Of a stretch of DNA of 64,000 bases, positions 31,799 through 41,292 are shown piece after piece. Location of the stretch: the NCBI GenBank assembly GCA_040266715.1, contig JAPKNN010000001.1:51034-115033 (forward strand). The letters are read 5' to 3'. The notes under the pieces were generated by a model. The model was not told the DNA's origin. It worked only from the letters and a program-made list of their open reading frames with translations, and searched no databases. The stretch's first letter is position 1. Every line of letters begins with the position of its first letter. The stretch comes from Paracoccaceae bacterium. GTDB taxonomy: Bacteria; Pseudomonadota; Alphaproteobacteria; JAPKNN01. The position numbers and the translations under genes were made by a program.

Positions 31799-32725
31799 TT
31801 AATCTTCACAATTTTTAGTAATGTGATCTATTATTTGAGTTTCCCTATAGACCTCTTCAGTGAGATTTTGCCATTCTTGCATATATCTCTTTGCCCAGCT
31901 CCATTGTCTTTTTGCATATCGTCTTACATCTCTTTGTATGAGATAGCGTATTTCATCTAATTCTTTTTGTTTGTTACAATATGCATACAAATAATTGAAT
32001 CCTAATACTTGGCGTGCAGTTGCATTATAGGCTATTTTTTGCTCCATAACATGTTTCACTTCTTCTATAACACCATTTTGCAACATATGATCTACGCGAT
32101 CATTAATTTTTTGATAGAGCAATGCACGATCTGGATTAAGAAAAAAACATAACTTTGCTTCGTTAGGAGGTATAATTGCTGTTTTCTTTTGGTTTTGCCA
32201 GAAACGTAAAGAATACCCTGTTTGCAAAAAAACGCCTAAAGCACGTCTTATACGTTTTGTATCATTTTTATGTAATTGTGCTGCAACAGGCTCGTCATAT
32301 TTTAGTAAAATATCGTGTATACTTAGCTGTTTTAGTTGATACTCTTCTACTAAATCATCTATTTTTTTTTCTGTTTGCTTTGACACTTCGGGTATATATG
32401 ACAAACCATTAAATAAAGACAGAAAATATAAACCACTGCCACCAACGAAAATTTTTTTCTTATATCGCAATGCTTTATTAGACAATAAATTTGCAACCTC
32501 ATTTAACCACTGGGCAACGGAATAATGTGTATACACAGAAACATGACCATATAAGAAATGCCTATTGTCATACATATCCGCAAAAGGTTGGGCAGTGAGT
32601 ATCGGTAATTCCTTATATACTTGCATAGAATCGGTATTGATTATAATACCATCAACTTCTTTAGCAACACGTAACGCAAATTCAGACTTTCCTGAAGCAG
32701 TAGGACCTGCTATACATATATACAT
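31799..32725 (-). CDS. miaA: tRNA dimethylallyltransferase
   Basis: P-loop IAGPTASGKS at N-terminus, 308 aa. Confidence 0.9.
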   Translation of the reverse strand: MYICIAGPTASGKSEFALRVAKEVDGIIINTDSMQVYKELPILTAQPFADMYDNRHFLYGHVSVYTHYSVAQWLNEVANLLSNKALRYKKKIFVGGSGLYFLSLFNGLSYIPEVSKQTEKKIDDLVEEYQLKQLSIHDILLKYDEPVAAQLHKNDTKRIRRALGVFLQTGYSLRFWQNQKKTAIIPPNEAKLCFFLNPDRALLYQKINDRVDHMLQNGVIEEVKHVMEQKIAYNATARQVLGFNYLYAYCNKQKELDEIRYLIQRDVRRYAKRQWSWAKRYMQEWQNLTEEVYRETQIIDHITKNCED

Positions 32726-32774
32726 AATATTTTTCCCATAATATAATCATATCAATCAACCGACACCCCATATT

Positions 32775-33656
32775 GTGATAATGCCCAATTATAAAATTAC
32801 CCTCTTTACAATCAAACCCCATACAAATGAAACCGATTTAGATAATTGTTATAACGCACTATCACACGCTCCACTTACCTGTGTAGATCGACATCACACC
32901 ATCTTACCTCACTATGTCACTCTTATACTTAACATTCAAACACAATTATCTTTGCAAAAACTCATTACTTTATGTGGGCAAGCTACAAGTCCATATAATG
33001 TAGATTTTTATGTTCATACACACGTAGATAAGGATTATAAAATATTTATTGCAGATATGGATAAAACACTCATTATGGAAGAATGTATTGATATAATGGC
33101 TGATTCCATTGGTGTTGGCGATGTCATAAAGGAGATTACAGAACAAGCTATGCAGGGTAAAATAGATTTTGTTCAAGCCCTATACAAGCGCGTAAATTTG
33201 CTAAAACGAATGTCACAAGAAACATTATATGAAGTGCGCCAAGAAATTACATTACGTCAACATATGCCATTATTATTATCAACATTAAAAAAGAAAGGAA
33301 TATACACAATTCTTATTTCAGGAGGATTTAGTTTTTTTGTTGAATATTTTGCGAATTTGTTAAATTTTGACAGATATTTCTCTAATGTTCTGTGTATAAA
33401 AAACGATATGTTAACAGGAGAATTAGAAGGAAAGATAGTAGATGCTGCTTTTAAGCGCGATACCCTTCTTCATTTTTGCAAAACACTCAATGTAAGTCCC
33501 GATGAGGTCATAGCAATGGGAGATGGAGCCAATGACATGCCGATGCTGCAAGAAGCAGGATTAGCTATTTCAATGGAGGGTAAAGATATTCTTAAACCCG
33601 TGTGTAATCTACAATTACAACACTGTAAGGCAGATATTCTGCCATTCTTACTTTAA
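32775..33656 (+). CDS. serB: Phosphoserine phosphatase (HAD superfamily)
   Basis: HAD motif I DMDKTLI, motif GDGANDMPML near C-terminus; precise start uncertain. Confidence 0.8.
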   Translation: MIMPNYKITLFTIKPHTNETDLDNCYNALSHAPLTCVDRHHTILPHYVTLILNIQTQLSLQKLITLCGQATSPYNVDFYVHTHVDKDYKIFIADMDKTLIMEECIDIMADSIGVGDVIKEITEQAMQGKIDFVQALYKRVNLLKRMSQETLYEVRQEITLRQHMPLLLSTLKKKGIYTILISGGFSFFVEYFANLLNFDRYFSNVLCIKNDMLTGELEGKIVDAAFKRDTLLHFCKTLNVSPDEVIAMGDGANDMPMLQEAGLAISMEGKDILKPVCNLQLQHCKADILPFLL

Positions 33657-33694
33657 ACATAAATTGACTTTATGTAACAATAAAGAAGCAGGTT

Positions 33695-34369
33695 TTACAC
33701 TTCTAATCTAGTAATACTAGAAAGCGATACGGACTTACCATTAATCGTGACTTTAGGATCGGCTGTACTCATATCCAACGCTGTTATCAATCCTGTTGCC
33801 GTTGTCGAAACATTGACATGTTGGTTAGCATCGTCTCTTGCACTAATAGCGATAGTATAGAGACCATCAGGCATTGCAACACCCGTATCATCCAATCCAT
33901 TCCAATTATATTCTTGTGAACCAGATGGAAGATATACATCAGCCGAATGTACAATTTGACCGTTGTTATCAGAAATAACGATACTTGCTTTAGCATTCTC
34001 CTCTACATCAAATTGCCATTGTGCATTTCCATTAGTTAATGCCGAAGAACTTGTGTCGATTGTCGCTTTCTTGCCCAAATACGAAACAGCATTAGACATA
34101 TTGCTTTGCAAAATTTGCGTCATTTCTTCAAGTTTCTCATTTGTTTTTATGGCCTGTTCCACGCCCGAGAATTGCACTAATTGATCTGTGAATGACGTCG
34201 CATCCATAGGATCAAGTGGATCTTGACTTTTAAGTTGTGCTGTCAAAATATTTACAAAAGTATCAAAATTATCGTTTAAAATAGTCTGACTATTAGCAGC
34301 ACTTGCCGTAGTAGACGTATTCGTGTTGGGAACATAATTATTACCCACAATTCCTACATAATCAGCCAT
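33695..34369 (-). CDS. flgD: Flagellar hook assembly/capping protein FlgD
   Basis: N-terminal FlgD signature FVNILTAQLKSQDPLDPMD and C-terminal FLgD Ig-like domain; 224 aa. Confidence 0.85.
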   Translation of the reverse strand: MADYVGIVGNNYVPNTNTSTTASAANSQTILNDNFDTFVNILTAQLKSQDPLDPMDATSFTDQLVQFSGVEQAIKTNEKLEEMTQILQSNMSNAVSYLGKKATIDTSSSALTNGNAQWQFDVEENAKASIVISDNNGQIVHSADVYLPSGSQEYNWNGLDDTGVAMPDGLYTIAISARDDANQHVNVSTTATGLITALDMSTADPKVTINGKSVSLSSITRLEV

Positions 34370-34401
34370 AATATCAATTCTTCTTTATTATCCTTATTTC
34401 A

Positions 34402-36000
34402 TTATACAAGTATATCCACACCACCATCATTCACTATATGACGTGTGTATATATGCTCTGTGCTGTCTACAGATCGCATGCCTCCACGATACATATTGTT
34501 TTGTTGTTGATTATCTTGATCTTGTCGAGCGAATTGTTCTGCAAAAGATTTACCCTGACCATGATTACCCAATGACAATTGTATTGAATTTTTATCTGTG
34601 TTTATGCCGACACTCTCAAAAGCTTTTTCCAACACGTTGAAATGGTTACGCACATAATCTAGAGCAACATCATTATCAAAATGAAACGAAGCACTCACTT
34701 TTCCATCCTTGTCAAATATCATTTTGACATCAACTGCCCCTAATTGTTCTGGGTATAATTTAAGCGTAAATTCTTTATTTCCGTTATTGACTTGTTGCTG
34801 TAGTTGAAAAGCCAAATTTGAAGCGGCTTTATAGGCTTGGTTGTGTGAATTTTGTGCTTGAACCACTTGCGTATAACTCTGGGAGGCTGTTACTCCTATA
34901 TCCAAATCTCTAGCTATAACAGGTATTGCGTTTCCATCAGCTACTCTTGCCTCCTGATTTCCCTGCCTCAACACGGGATTCATGGTGTTATCTAGCTCTA
35001 GAGTATTTTCATTTTTCTGAACAGTTGAGACATCCTCCGATATATTTTCCGAAAGTAATGCATGTTTCTTTTGTTTGCCTTCTTCTACAGGTAATACAGT
35101 ATGTGATATTCCTTGTGTTGGCGTTACTGTTGTTACCTTATCAACAAACAGGTTTGTAGAAGGTGATTTTTCATTTTTTGGCATCTCTAAAGACCTAGTT
35201 ATTGCTATAGCCTCATCGTCAATTGTTGTTAAAGCCAAAGAATCATCTATTGGCGAATGATATAAACCCTCATCGCTACGTATTGCTGGTGCTCCCACAG
35301 ACAAATTTTTGCCCATCATTATAGAGGTTTCCTTTGGCAAAATCTGGATATCTGATTGTTTATTATTTTTGAGATGCAAGGGCATGGTGTCAAGGTCTGC
35401 TAGCGATGTATCTTCTAGAGCCTTCTTGTTTTGAGCAATGTGCACCCCATCTAATGTAGCACTATTTATCTGTGTATTATCTTTTTTCGACTGTGCCGTT
35501 ACTAATGCGTCTGTATTTTGCGATGATACGTGTTGCGTTGTATCATTAACCTTGATCATCTCTGGTGCTCCAGATGCAAAAAGATAATGTAACTCTGTGT
35601 CTTTCCCTTCACTCATAGGCTGTGTATCAAGGGGTGTATCAACAACAAAATTCTCTTGCTCGTTTTCCTCAACGGCACTCATTTGTAAAAGATTTGTATC
35701 TACACTTTCGGAAGTCATGTGTATGTTTACAAAGTGAGTTTGCAACGTATCTTGTTCTGATTTGCTCTCTTGCATAGGTAGTATTTCAAATTTACCTGAT
35801 TTTACTTTTTCAGTATCTTGTGTTGATAAAGCGTTTTTATCTTCCACGTCAGTGGATTGCTTATCTTCTTGCAACATATTAAGTTCTTTGCGAAAATCCT
35901 GTTCACTATTCAACGGCAATTTAGCACTTCGTGTAGCAACGGACGAATCGGGAAGGGTATTTTTATAACTACTAAAATAATCTATAGGTGCATTTTGCAT
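34402..36000 (-). CDS. fliK: Flagellar hook-length control protein FliK
   Basis: 532 aa, low-complexity N-terminal two-thirds and conserved C-terminal Flg_hook domain (FTLKLYPEQLGAVDVKMIFDKDGKVSASFHFDN); directly upstream of flgD. Confidence 0.7.
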   Translation of the reverse strand: MQNAPIDYFSSYKNTLPDSSVATRSAKLPLNSEQDFRKELNMLQEDKQSTDVEDKNALSTQDTEKVKSGKFEILPMQESKSEQDTLQTHFVNIHMTSESVDTNLLQMSAVEENEQENFVVDTPLDTQPMSEGKDTELHYLFASGAPEMIKVNDTTQHVSSQNTDALVTAQSKKDNTQINSATLDGVHIAQNKKALEDTSLADLDTMPLHLKNNKQSDIQILPKETSIMMGKNLSVGAPAIRSDEGLYHSPIDDSLALTTIDDEAIAITRSLEMPKNEKSPSTNLFVDKVTTVTPTQGISHTVLPVEEGKQKKHALLSENISEDVSTVQKNENTLELDNTMNPVLRQGNQEARVADGNAIPVIARDLDIGVTASQSYTQVVQAQNSHNQAYKAASNLAFQLQQQVNNGNKEFTLKLYPEQLGAVDVKMIFDKDGKVSASFHFDNDVALDYVRNHFNVLEKAFESVGINTDKNSIQLSLGNHGQGKSFAEQFARQDQDNQQQNNMYRGGMRSVDSTEHIYTRHIVNDGGVDILV

Positions 36001-36063
36001 AACTGAAAACTACTCACTTCTTCCTATACGAAAAGGCATTTCACACGCCTTAATTATAAAGAA

Positions 36064-36084
36064 AGTTTGCAAAGAATATACCAA
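36064..36084 (-). promoter_or_regulatory. Sigma-54-like -24/-12 element upstream of fliK-flgD (tentative)
   Basis: Minus-strand TTGGTATATTCTTTGCA has the GG and TTGC elements at the consensus spacing (TGGCAC-N5-TTGCA), ~65 bp upstream of the fliK ATG; CAC replaced by TAT. Confidence 0.2.
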
Positions 36085-36164
36085 TTAGGTAAGACGAAAA
36101 AACCTTTTTAATTCAAGCACTTAACAAATTAGACGCGTATTTCTTTTAAACAGCAGGAAAAATA

Positions 36165-36186
36165 TGCCGACATTTTTTGCCGACAT
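36165..36186. promoter_or_regulatory. Direct repeat TGCCGACAT x2 (13-bp periodicity) between recO and fliK
   Basis: tgccgacat at 36165..36173 and 36178..36186; ~100 bp upstream of the sigma-54-like element on the fliK strand. Confidence 0.25.
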
Positions 36187-36214
36187 TATAGAAAAAAGGC
36201 ATTTATTACCTAGC

Positions 36215-36943
36215 CTAGTGTTCCATTTTTTTTATATATTCAACGAGTAAATCTCGTGTAATGGGAAGGCTTTTATTAAGAGGCTTATATATATCCTTAT
36301 CTAAAAAATAAGACATAAGTGTAAAACCAGCCATGATATCGTCTTTTGTTACATTTGCCTCCATATTACACAAAAAAGCTGGCAGTTTAAATAACTTATC
36401 ACGATACGGATGTCCAACTTCTTGTGTAACGGCTCTACCTGTTCTGGGTGATACATATGTTAAATTTGTTTTAGATTGTGTTACAGCACAACGGGTAAGA
36501 TCAAGTCCAAAACCCGATTCTTTTAAAAAAATATGTTCAAAATAAATAAACCAATGCAGCCATTCTGTGTGTGTCTTCATGCGCTTGATAAGCATGTGCA
36601 TAACATCATAAAGTGCAGCGCTTGATTGTCTTTCTGGGAGCGTTGTAATATGATTGCAGATAAGAATCAAAGCATGTAACATGTCTTGTTTTCTTATGAA
36701 AGCAGAAGCGTAATGCTGTATTATATCAAAAGTAAAATAACCTAAATGCTTTTCTAAACGTGCTTTCCATTGCACATCTCCATAATTACCGATTTGAATA
36801 TAACCGCTTTTTTTATGAGATTGCCCCCCCTTAATAACACCATTATAGCAACCATGATCACGTGTAAAAATACTGACAATAGTATCATTTTCCGATAATT
36901 TTTTAACTCGGACAATAAATCCTTTTTCTTGCCATGTAACCAC
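36215..36943 (-). CDS. recO: DNA repair protein RecO
   Basis: 242 aa, N-terminal OB-fold region, conserved position downstream of era. Confidence 0.85.
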   Translation of the reverse strand: MVTWQEKGFIVRVKKLSENDTIVSIFTRDHGCYNGVIKGGQSHKKSGYIQIGNYGDVQWKARLEKHLGYFTFDIIQHYASAFIRKQDMLHALILICNHITTLPERQSSAALYDVMHMLIKRMKTHTEWLHWFIYFEHIFLKESGFGLDLTRCAVTQSKTNLTYVSPRTGRAVTQEVGHPYRDKLFKLPAFLCNMEANVTKDDIMAGFTLMSYFLDKDIYKPLNKSLPITRDLLVEYIKKMEH

Positions 36944-36952
36944 AATCTGCCC

Positions 36953-37858
36953 TCAAACCATATCAAGCGCCATTGCCTTATAATGTTGAATTTTGTTTTG
37001 CCAATCTGGGCTTATTTTAACAAATAAAAAAAGATCAACAACGTCACAGCGTAAAAAATCTTGCATCTCTACACGGGCCAGTGAACCGATATGCTTTAAT
37101 AAAGCCCCCTTATGCCCTATAACAATCTTTTTCTGACTTTGTCTTTCTACATAAATTGTTTGCTCAATGCGCATACGTTTATTTTTAAGTTTTTTGCATT
37201 TATCTGTTTCAACAGTCAAAGCATACGGAATTTCATCATGTAAATTAAGAATAAGTTTTTCCCTTGTGATTTCAGCTAAAAAAAACCGCTGCGGCATTTC
37301 GGCAATTTCTTCTTCTGGATATAGCCAATTCATCTGGGGAAGATTATTGTTAATATATGGAAAAATATCACTGATTCCATTATTGGTTTTTGCGGAAACC
37401 ATAAAGACTTTATCAAAGTTATACGATTGGGTTATCTCATTACACAATGGCAACAATTTTTCTCTACTAAGCTTGTCGATTTTATTGAGTATAAGACATA
37501 ATTTATTACTGTGTTTTATACATTGCTCTAATATTTCTGTTTCGCTTTCATCAAAAATTGTGCAACTATCTTTTACATACAAAACAATATCGGCATCGTT
37601 TATAGCCTTAATCGCTGCCGAAAACATTGATTTATCAATCGTTTTCTTAGCAGTAAACAAGCCTGGAGTATCAATAAATATAATCTGCGTTTCCTGATAT
37701 ATAGCAAAAGCTCTTATACAGCTACGAGTGGTCTGAGCCTTATGCGTAATAATTGATATTTTTTCCCCTACAAACCTATTCAACAAAGACGATTTACCAG
37801 CATTCGGCCTTCCAACAAGTGCCACATAACCACATTTTTTTTGCGATTTGATTGTCAT
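36953..37858 (-). CDS. era: GTPase Era
   Basis: G1 GRPNAGKSS, G3 DTPG, G4 NKID motifs and C-terminal KH domain. Confidence 0.95.
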   Translation of the reverse strand: MTIKSQKKCGYVALVGRPNAGKSSLLNRFVGEKISIITHKAQTTRSCIRAFAIYQETQIIFIDTPGLFTAKKTIDKSMFSAAIKAINDADIVLYVKDSCTIFDESETEILEQCIKHSNKLCLILNKIDKLSREKLLPLCNEITQSYNFDKVFMVSAKTNNGISDIFPYINNNLPQMNWLYPEEEIAEMPQRFFLAEITREKLILNLHDEIPYALTVETDKCKKLKNKRMRIEQTIYVERQSQKKIVIGHKGALLKHIGSLARVEMQDFLRCDVVDLFLFVKISPDWQNKIQHYKAMALDMV

Positions 37859-38598
37859 ATCACTAACCCCTTATGCACAAGAAGAAGCTGCGCAACCTTT
37901 TGCTGTGCCTCACGTTTTGATTTACCTTGTGCCTCAAATATTTTCTTTTCATCTTCAACGCATAACACAACCTTGAATACGGGGTCGTGTGCAGACCCTC
38001 CACATTGTTCGGCTTTATATCGTGGTAATGGCAAAGCGTTTTGTTGATACCATTCTTGTAATTTACTTTTAGCATCAATGGGTGTTTCATCTGTAAGCGT
38101 ATTGATATAATCTTTCCACATGCACTCAATAAATTCTTTGGCACTTTGGAAATCGGAATCTTTGTATATAGCGGCTATAAGTGCTTCCATAGTATTTGCT
38201 AATATATTATTCATTGACGTTAGGTGTTTTTGATTCACAGAAGGTCCAACACGTATATATGCTTGCAAGCGAAGATCTCGGGCAATTTTTGTGCATATAT
38301 CATGATTAACCAAAGAATTGTATCGACGTGCTAACTGGCCTTCTGTTTCTAAAGGGTATCGTTCAAAAAGGATGGTTGCAATGGCAAGCCCAAGCACCCT
38401 GTCTCCTAAAAACTCAAAGCGTTCATTATCAGACGATTCATGATTATTTATGTCCTTTTTGTCACGTCCCTTGTTAATAATTTCAAAGCGATAACTCGAA
38501 TGTATCAAAGCCTGCCTTAGGTAATCCAAATGCTTAAATTTGTAAGTCAGTTGCTTTGCTAAATCCAATACCAAATAATCATCAGTTTGCGATTGCAT
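37855..38598 (-). CDS. rnc: Ribonuclease III
   Basis: RNase III signature ERFEFLGD and C-terminal dsRBD. Track ORF extends to 38664 into lepB; the ATG at 38596..38598 overlaps the lepB stop by 1 nt (TAATG) and is the likely start. 4-bp overlap with era. Confidence 0.9.
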   Translation of the reverse strand: MQSQTDDYLVLDLAKQLTYKFKHLDYLRQALIHSSYRFEIINKGRDKKDINNHESSDNERFEFLGDRVLGLAIATILFERYPLETEGQLARRYNSLVNHDICTKIARDLRLQAYIRVGPSVNQKHLTSMNNILANTMEALIAAIYKDSDFQSAKEFIECMWKDYINTLTDETPIDAKSKLQEWYQQNALPLPRYKAEQCGGSAHDPVFKVVLCVEDEKKIFEAQGKSKREAQQKVAQLLLVHKGLVI

Positions 38599-39389
38599 TA
38601 TATTTTTGTGAATATTCTTTCCCATCGTATACTTTCTGCCCATAGCCAAAACGCCAGTAGCCATTGATTCTCGTCTTTTGATAGAAAAATTATTTCAGCT
38701 TTACCCAAAAAATTTTCTTCTGGAATCATCGATACAACAGTACCACGACTATCTTCTGACTCATCTCGATTATCACCCAACACAAAATAATGTCCCTTTG
38801 GAACATTAAAAACCATAGGATACCCATATAAAGCTAAGCCTTTGCGTTGTAAAACAAAATAACTCTGCCCGTTTGGTAGGGTTTCCTTATAGCGTAAGTA
38901 TTTTTTGGAATAGCCACCGCTATCTTTATGCACATACTCCCCTACAAACAGACGTTTTACATCTGTTCCATTAATTTTAAGACGAGAATCAGCTGAAATT
39001 TCAATCCTATCTCCAGGCAGACCAATAACCCTTTTTACAAAATCTATATTCGGTTGGTTTTTAGGTCTAAACACTGCAACATCACCATTTTTAATTTCGT
39101 CTTTAAAAATTCTGCGGTCAGACAATCCTAAAAGTGATGCCAAGGGAAACGAATATTTACTATAGCCGTAGCTAAATTTTGAAACAAAAATATAGTCACC
39201 AATCAATAATGTAGGAAACATTGAGCCTGAGGGGATTGTAAATGGTTGAAAAAAGAACGATCGCACGACAAAAGAAATTAAAACTGCATAGAAAACAATT
39301 TTTAGAGTTTCAAAAAAGGTCTGGCCTAACAGATTATTGAGCATTTTAAGCGGATTACTATAACGTATGCGATTTGTGTTGTGCTTCAT
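38598..39389 (-). CDS. lepB: Signal peptidase I
   Basis: N-terminal TM, catalytic Ser region IPSGSMFPTL, conserved GDNRDESEDSR box E. Confidence 0.9.
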   Translation of the reverse strand: MKHNTNRIRYSNPLKMLNNLLGQTFFETLKIVFYAVLISFVVRSFFFQPFTIPSGSMFPTLLIGDYIFVSKFSYGYSKYSFPLASLLGLSDRRIFKDEIKNGDVAVFRPKNQPNIDFVKRVIGLPGDRIEISADSRLKINGTDVKRLFVGEYVHKDSGGYSKKYLRYKETLPNGQSYFVLQRKGLALYGYPMVFNVPKGHYFVLGDNRDESEDSRGTVVSMIPEENFLGKAEIIFLSKDENQWLLAFWLWAESIRWERIFTKI

Positions 39390-39470
39390 TGCGATGTCCC
39401 TTCTAAAAACATAAGTAAATTATAATGCTTAAATGATTTTAAATCCAATATTATTTCCATGTATCAAATC

Positions 39471-39872
39471 TCATGAATCCATTGACTGAATAATTACCTG
39501 AGCATACGCATATGGATAATCATCCGTTAATGATATTAAAATTTCGGCTTGTGAATGATTGGGAGTCAATTCTTGAAGTATTTTCTTTGCATTTCCATAA
39601 AGACACATTATTGGCTTACCACTCGATTCTTTTGAAACTATCATATCAGCAAAACCTATCCCCCGTGAAAATCCTGTTCCCAAAGCTTTTGCACAAGCCT
39701 CCTTTGCAGCAAAACGCTTGGCTATAAAGGAAGCCTTATGATTAATTTTCATAGCAACTTCCCTTTCCGCTGGTGCTAATATGCGTTGCTCAAACCGACT
39801 TCCAAAACGATTGAGGAGATTTTCTATTCGCCTTATATCAACCAAATCTACACCTAAACCAATAATACGCAT
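39471..39872 (-). CDS. acpS: Holo-[acyl-carrier-protein] synthase
   Basis: 133 aa 4'-phosphopantetheinyl transferase (GVDLVDIRRIE, FAAKEACAKALG); start/stop adjacent to pdxJ. Confidence 0.85.
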   Translation of the reverse strand: MRIIGLGVDLVDIRRIENLLNRFGSRFEQRILAPAEREVAMKINHKASFIAKRFAAKEACAKALGTGFSRGIGFADMIVSKESSGKPIMCLYGNAKKILQELTPNHSQAEILISLTDDYPYAYAQVIIQSMDS

Positions 39873-40627
39873 TATACACTAATATGATTGTTGATTGTAT
39901 GCGCCGTTTGCATAGATTTTTTCATTCTTGTAATTGCTTCGCTAAGACCAATAAAAAGTGCTTCACTAATCAAGAAATGTCCAATATTTAAACATGTAAT
40001 GTCTTGAATAGCTGCAATGTCAGCGACATTAGCATAATTAAGACCATGCCCCGCATGAATATCTAAATGACAATCTTTGGCGGTTTTTACTGCTTCATGA
40101 ATCGCAGATAATATCTTATTTTTCTCTAGTTCTTTGTGTTGATTGCAATATTGTGCATAGAGACCTGTATGAATCTCTATACAATCACCCCCTAACGCGT
40201 AACATTGTTTTACAATGTGTATATCAGGTTCTATAAAATAAGATACTTTTATCCCTCTGTTTTTTAAATCTGCCGTAGTTTTTTTAAGATAATCTGTTTT
40301 TATAGCTGTATTTAGGCCTCCTTCCGTAGTAATTTCTTGCCTTTTCTCTGGAACAAAACACACGCTATGCGGCCGTAATTGTAAAGCAATATCAACCATC
40401 TGTTCTTCTAAGGCAATTTCTAAATTAATAGGAATATTGACTTCTTCTTTCAAACGCCATACATCATCATCTCTGATATGCCGTCTATCCTCACGTAAAT
40501 GTACTGTAATATTATCAGCTCCTGCCTGCTTGGCTATGTGTGCTGCCCGTACTACATCAGGATACCCCTCACCTCTTGCATTACGTAAGGTAGCAACATG
40601 ATCAATATTAACACCGAGTTTTATCAT
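39872..40627 (-). CDS. pdxJ: Pyridoxine 5'-phosphate synthase
   Basis: N-terminal LGVNIDHVATLRNARG motif, 251 aa TIM barrel. Confidence 0.9.
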   Translation of the reverse strand: MIKLGVNIDHVATLRNARGEGYPDVVRAAHIAKQAGADNITVHLREDRRHIRDDDVWRLKEEVNIPINLEIALEEQMVDIALQLRPHSVCFVPEKRQEITTEGGLNTAIKTDYLKKTTADLKNRGIKVSYFIEPDIHIVKQCYALGGDCIEIHTGLYAQYCNQHKELEKNKILSAIHEAVKTAKDCHLDIHAGHGLNYANVADIAAIQDITCLNIGHFLISEALFIGLSEAITRMKKSMQTAHTINNHISV

Positions 40628-40695
40628 AAACCATACTTTATCTATAACTCTATTTATATGGACTATTTTACATAACCTATTCCAACATATTGCAG

Positions 40696-41169
40696 TTATG
40701 TTTTTTTGTTAAATTGTAACAAAAGAAGGTAAAAAACAAAAGATACTGGAAATCCTACAATTATCCATCCAATAATTAAAGCCAATAAAAAAGGTTCCAT
40801 TGTCGTAAAAACCTCTTGCGAAAACATCAAAAAACTCTCCTGACTGCTGGATAAATTTTCAATTGCCGTAACAAAATCGTTATAATTTGCCGTGTCAACA
40901 AACAGACTGCCAACAAAAAAAGTTATAATATAAATGAAAGGAAAAGTAAAAGGATTACCAACGATAGTACCAATAAAACCTGATACATAACTGGCACGGA
41001 TTAAAAAGCAAATTATCAAGACTATAATCATATGGAAGCCTATAAAAGGCGAAAAAGAAGCAAAAACACCAACGGCAAAACCTAACGCCACCTTATAGGG
41101 AGAAGATTTAATATCCCCCAATTGTTTATTCGTCTTTTTTATAAAATCCTTTAACATAAAATACACCAT
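40696..41169 (-). CDS. DUF2062-family membrane protein
   Basis: 157 aa, hydrophobic segments with DUF2062-like layout; function unknown. Confidence 0.5.
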   Translation of the reverse strand: MVYFMLKDFIKKTNKQLGDIKSSPYKVALGFAVGVFASFSPFIGFHMIIVLIICFLIRASYVSGFIGTIVGNPFTFPFIYIITFFVGSLFVDTANYNDFVTAIENLSSSQESFLMFSQEVFTTMEPFLLALIIGWIIVGFPVSFVFYLLLLQFNKKT

Positions 41170-41292
41170 TCCTTACAGTGAGTTAGATGAAAATATAACC
41201 AAATCCTCCCCTTACCACAAAGCTAGCCTGTAACACAAATAAATTATATTTATATTACAATTTTGAGAAGATTATAGCATATCAACAAAATA

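Noticed and set aside
37167-37697. 176-aa ORF on the plus strand inside era; similar antisense or nested ORFs at 10797..11237, 28037..28336, 53216..53497, 23759..23959 and others
   Set aside because: All are embedded opposite well-supported housekeeping genes and have low-complexity, Ile/Leu/Ser/Phe-rich translations typical of antisense frames in AT-rich DNA. None carries a recognisable motif.
38599-38664. Upstream start at 38664 giving rnc a 22-aa N-terminal extension into lepB
   Set aside because: The ATG at 38596..38598 overlaps the lepB stop in a TAATG junction typical of translational coupling, and the conserved RNase III N-terminus begins there.
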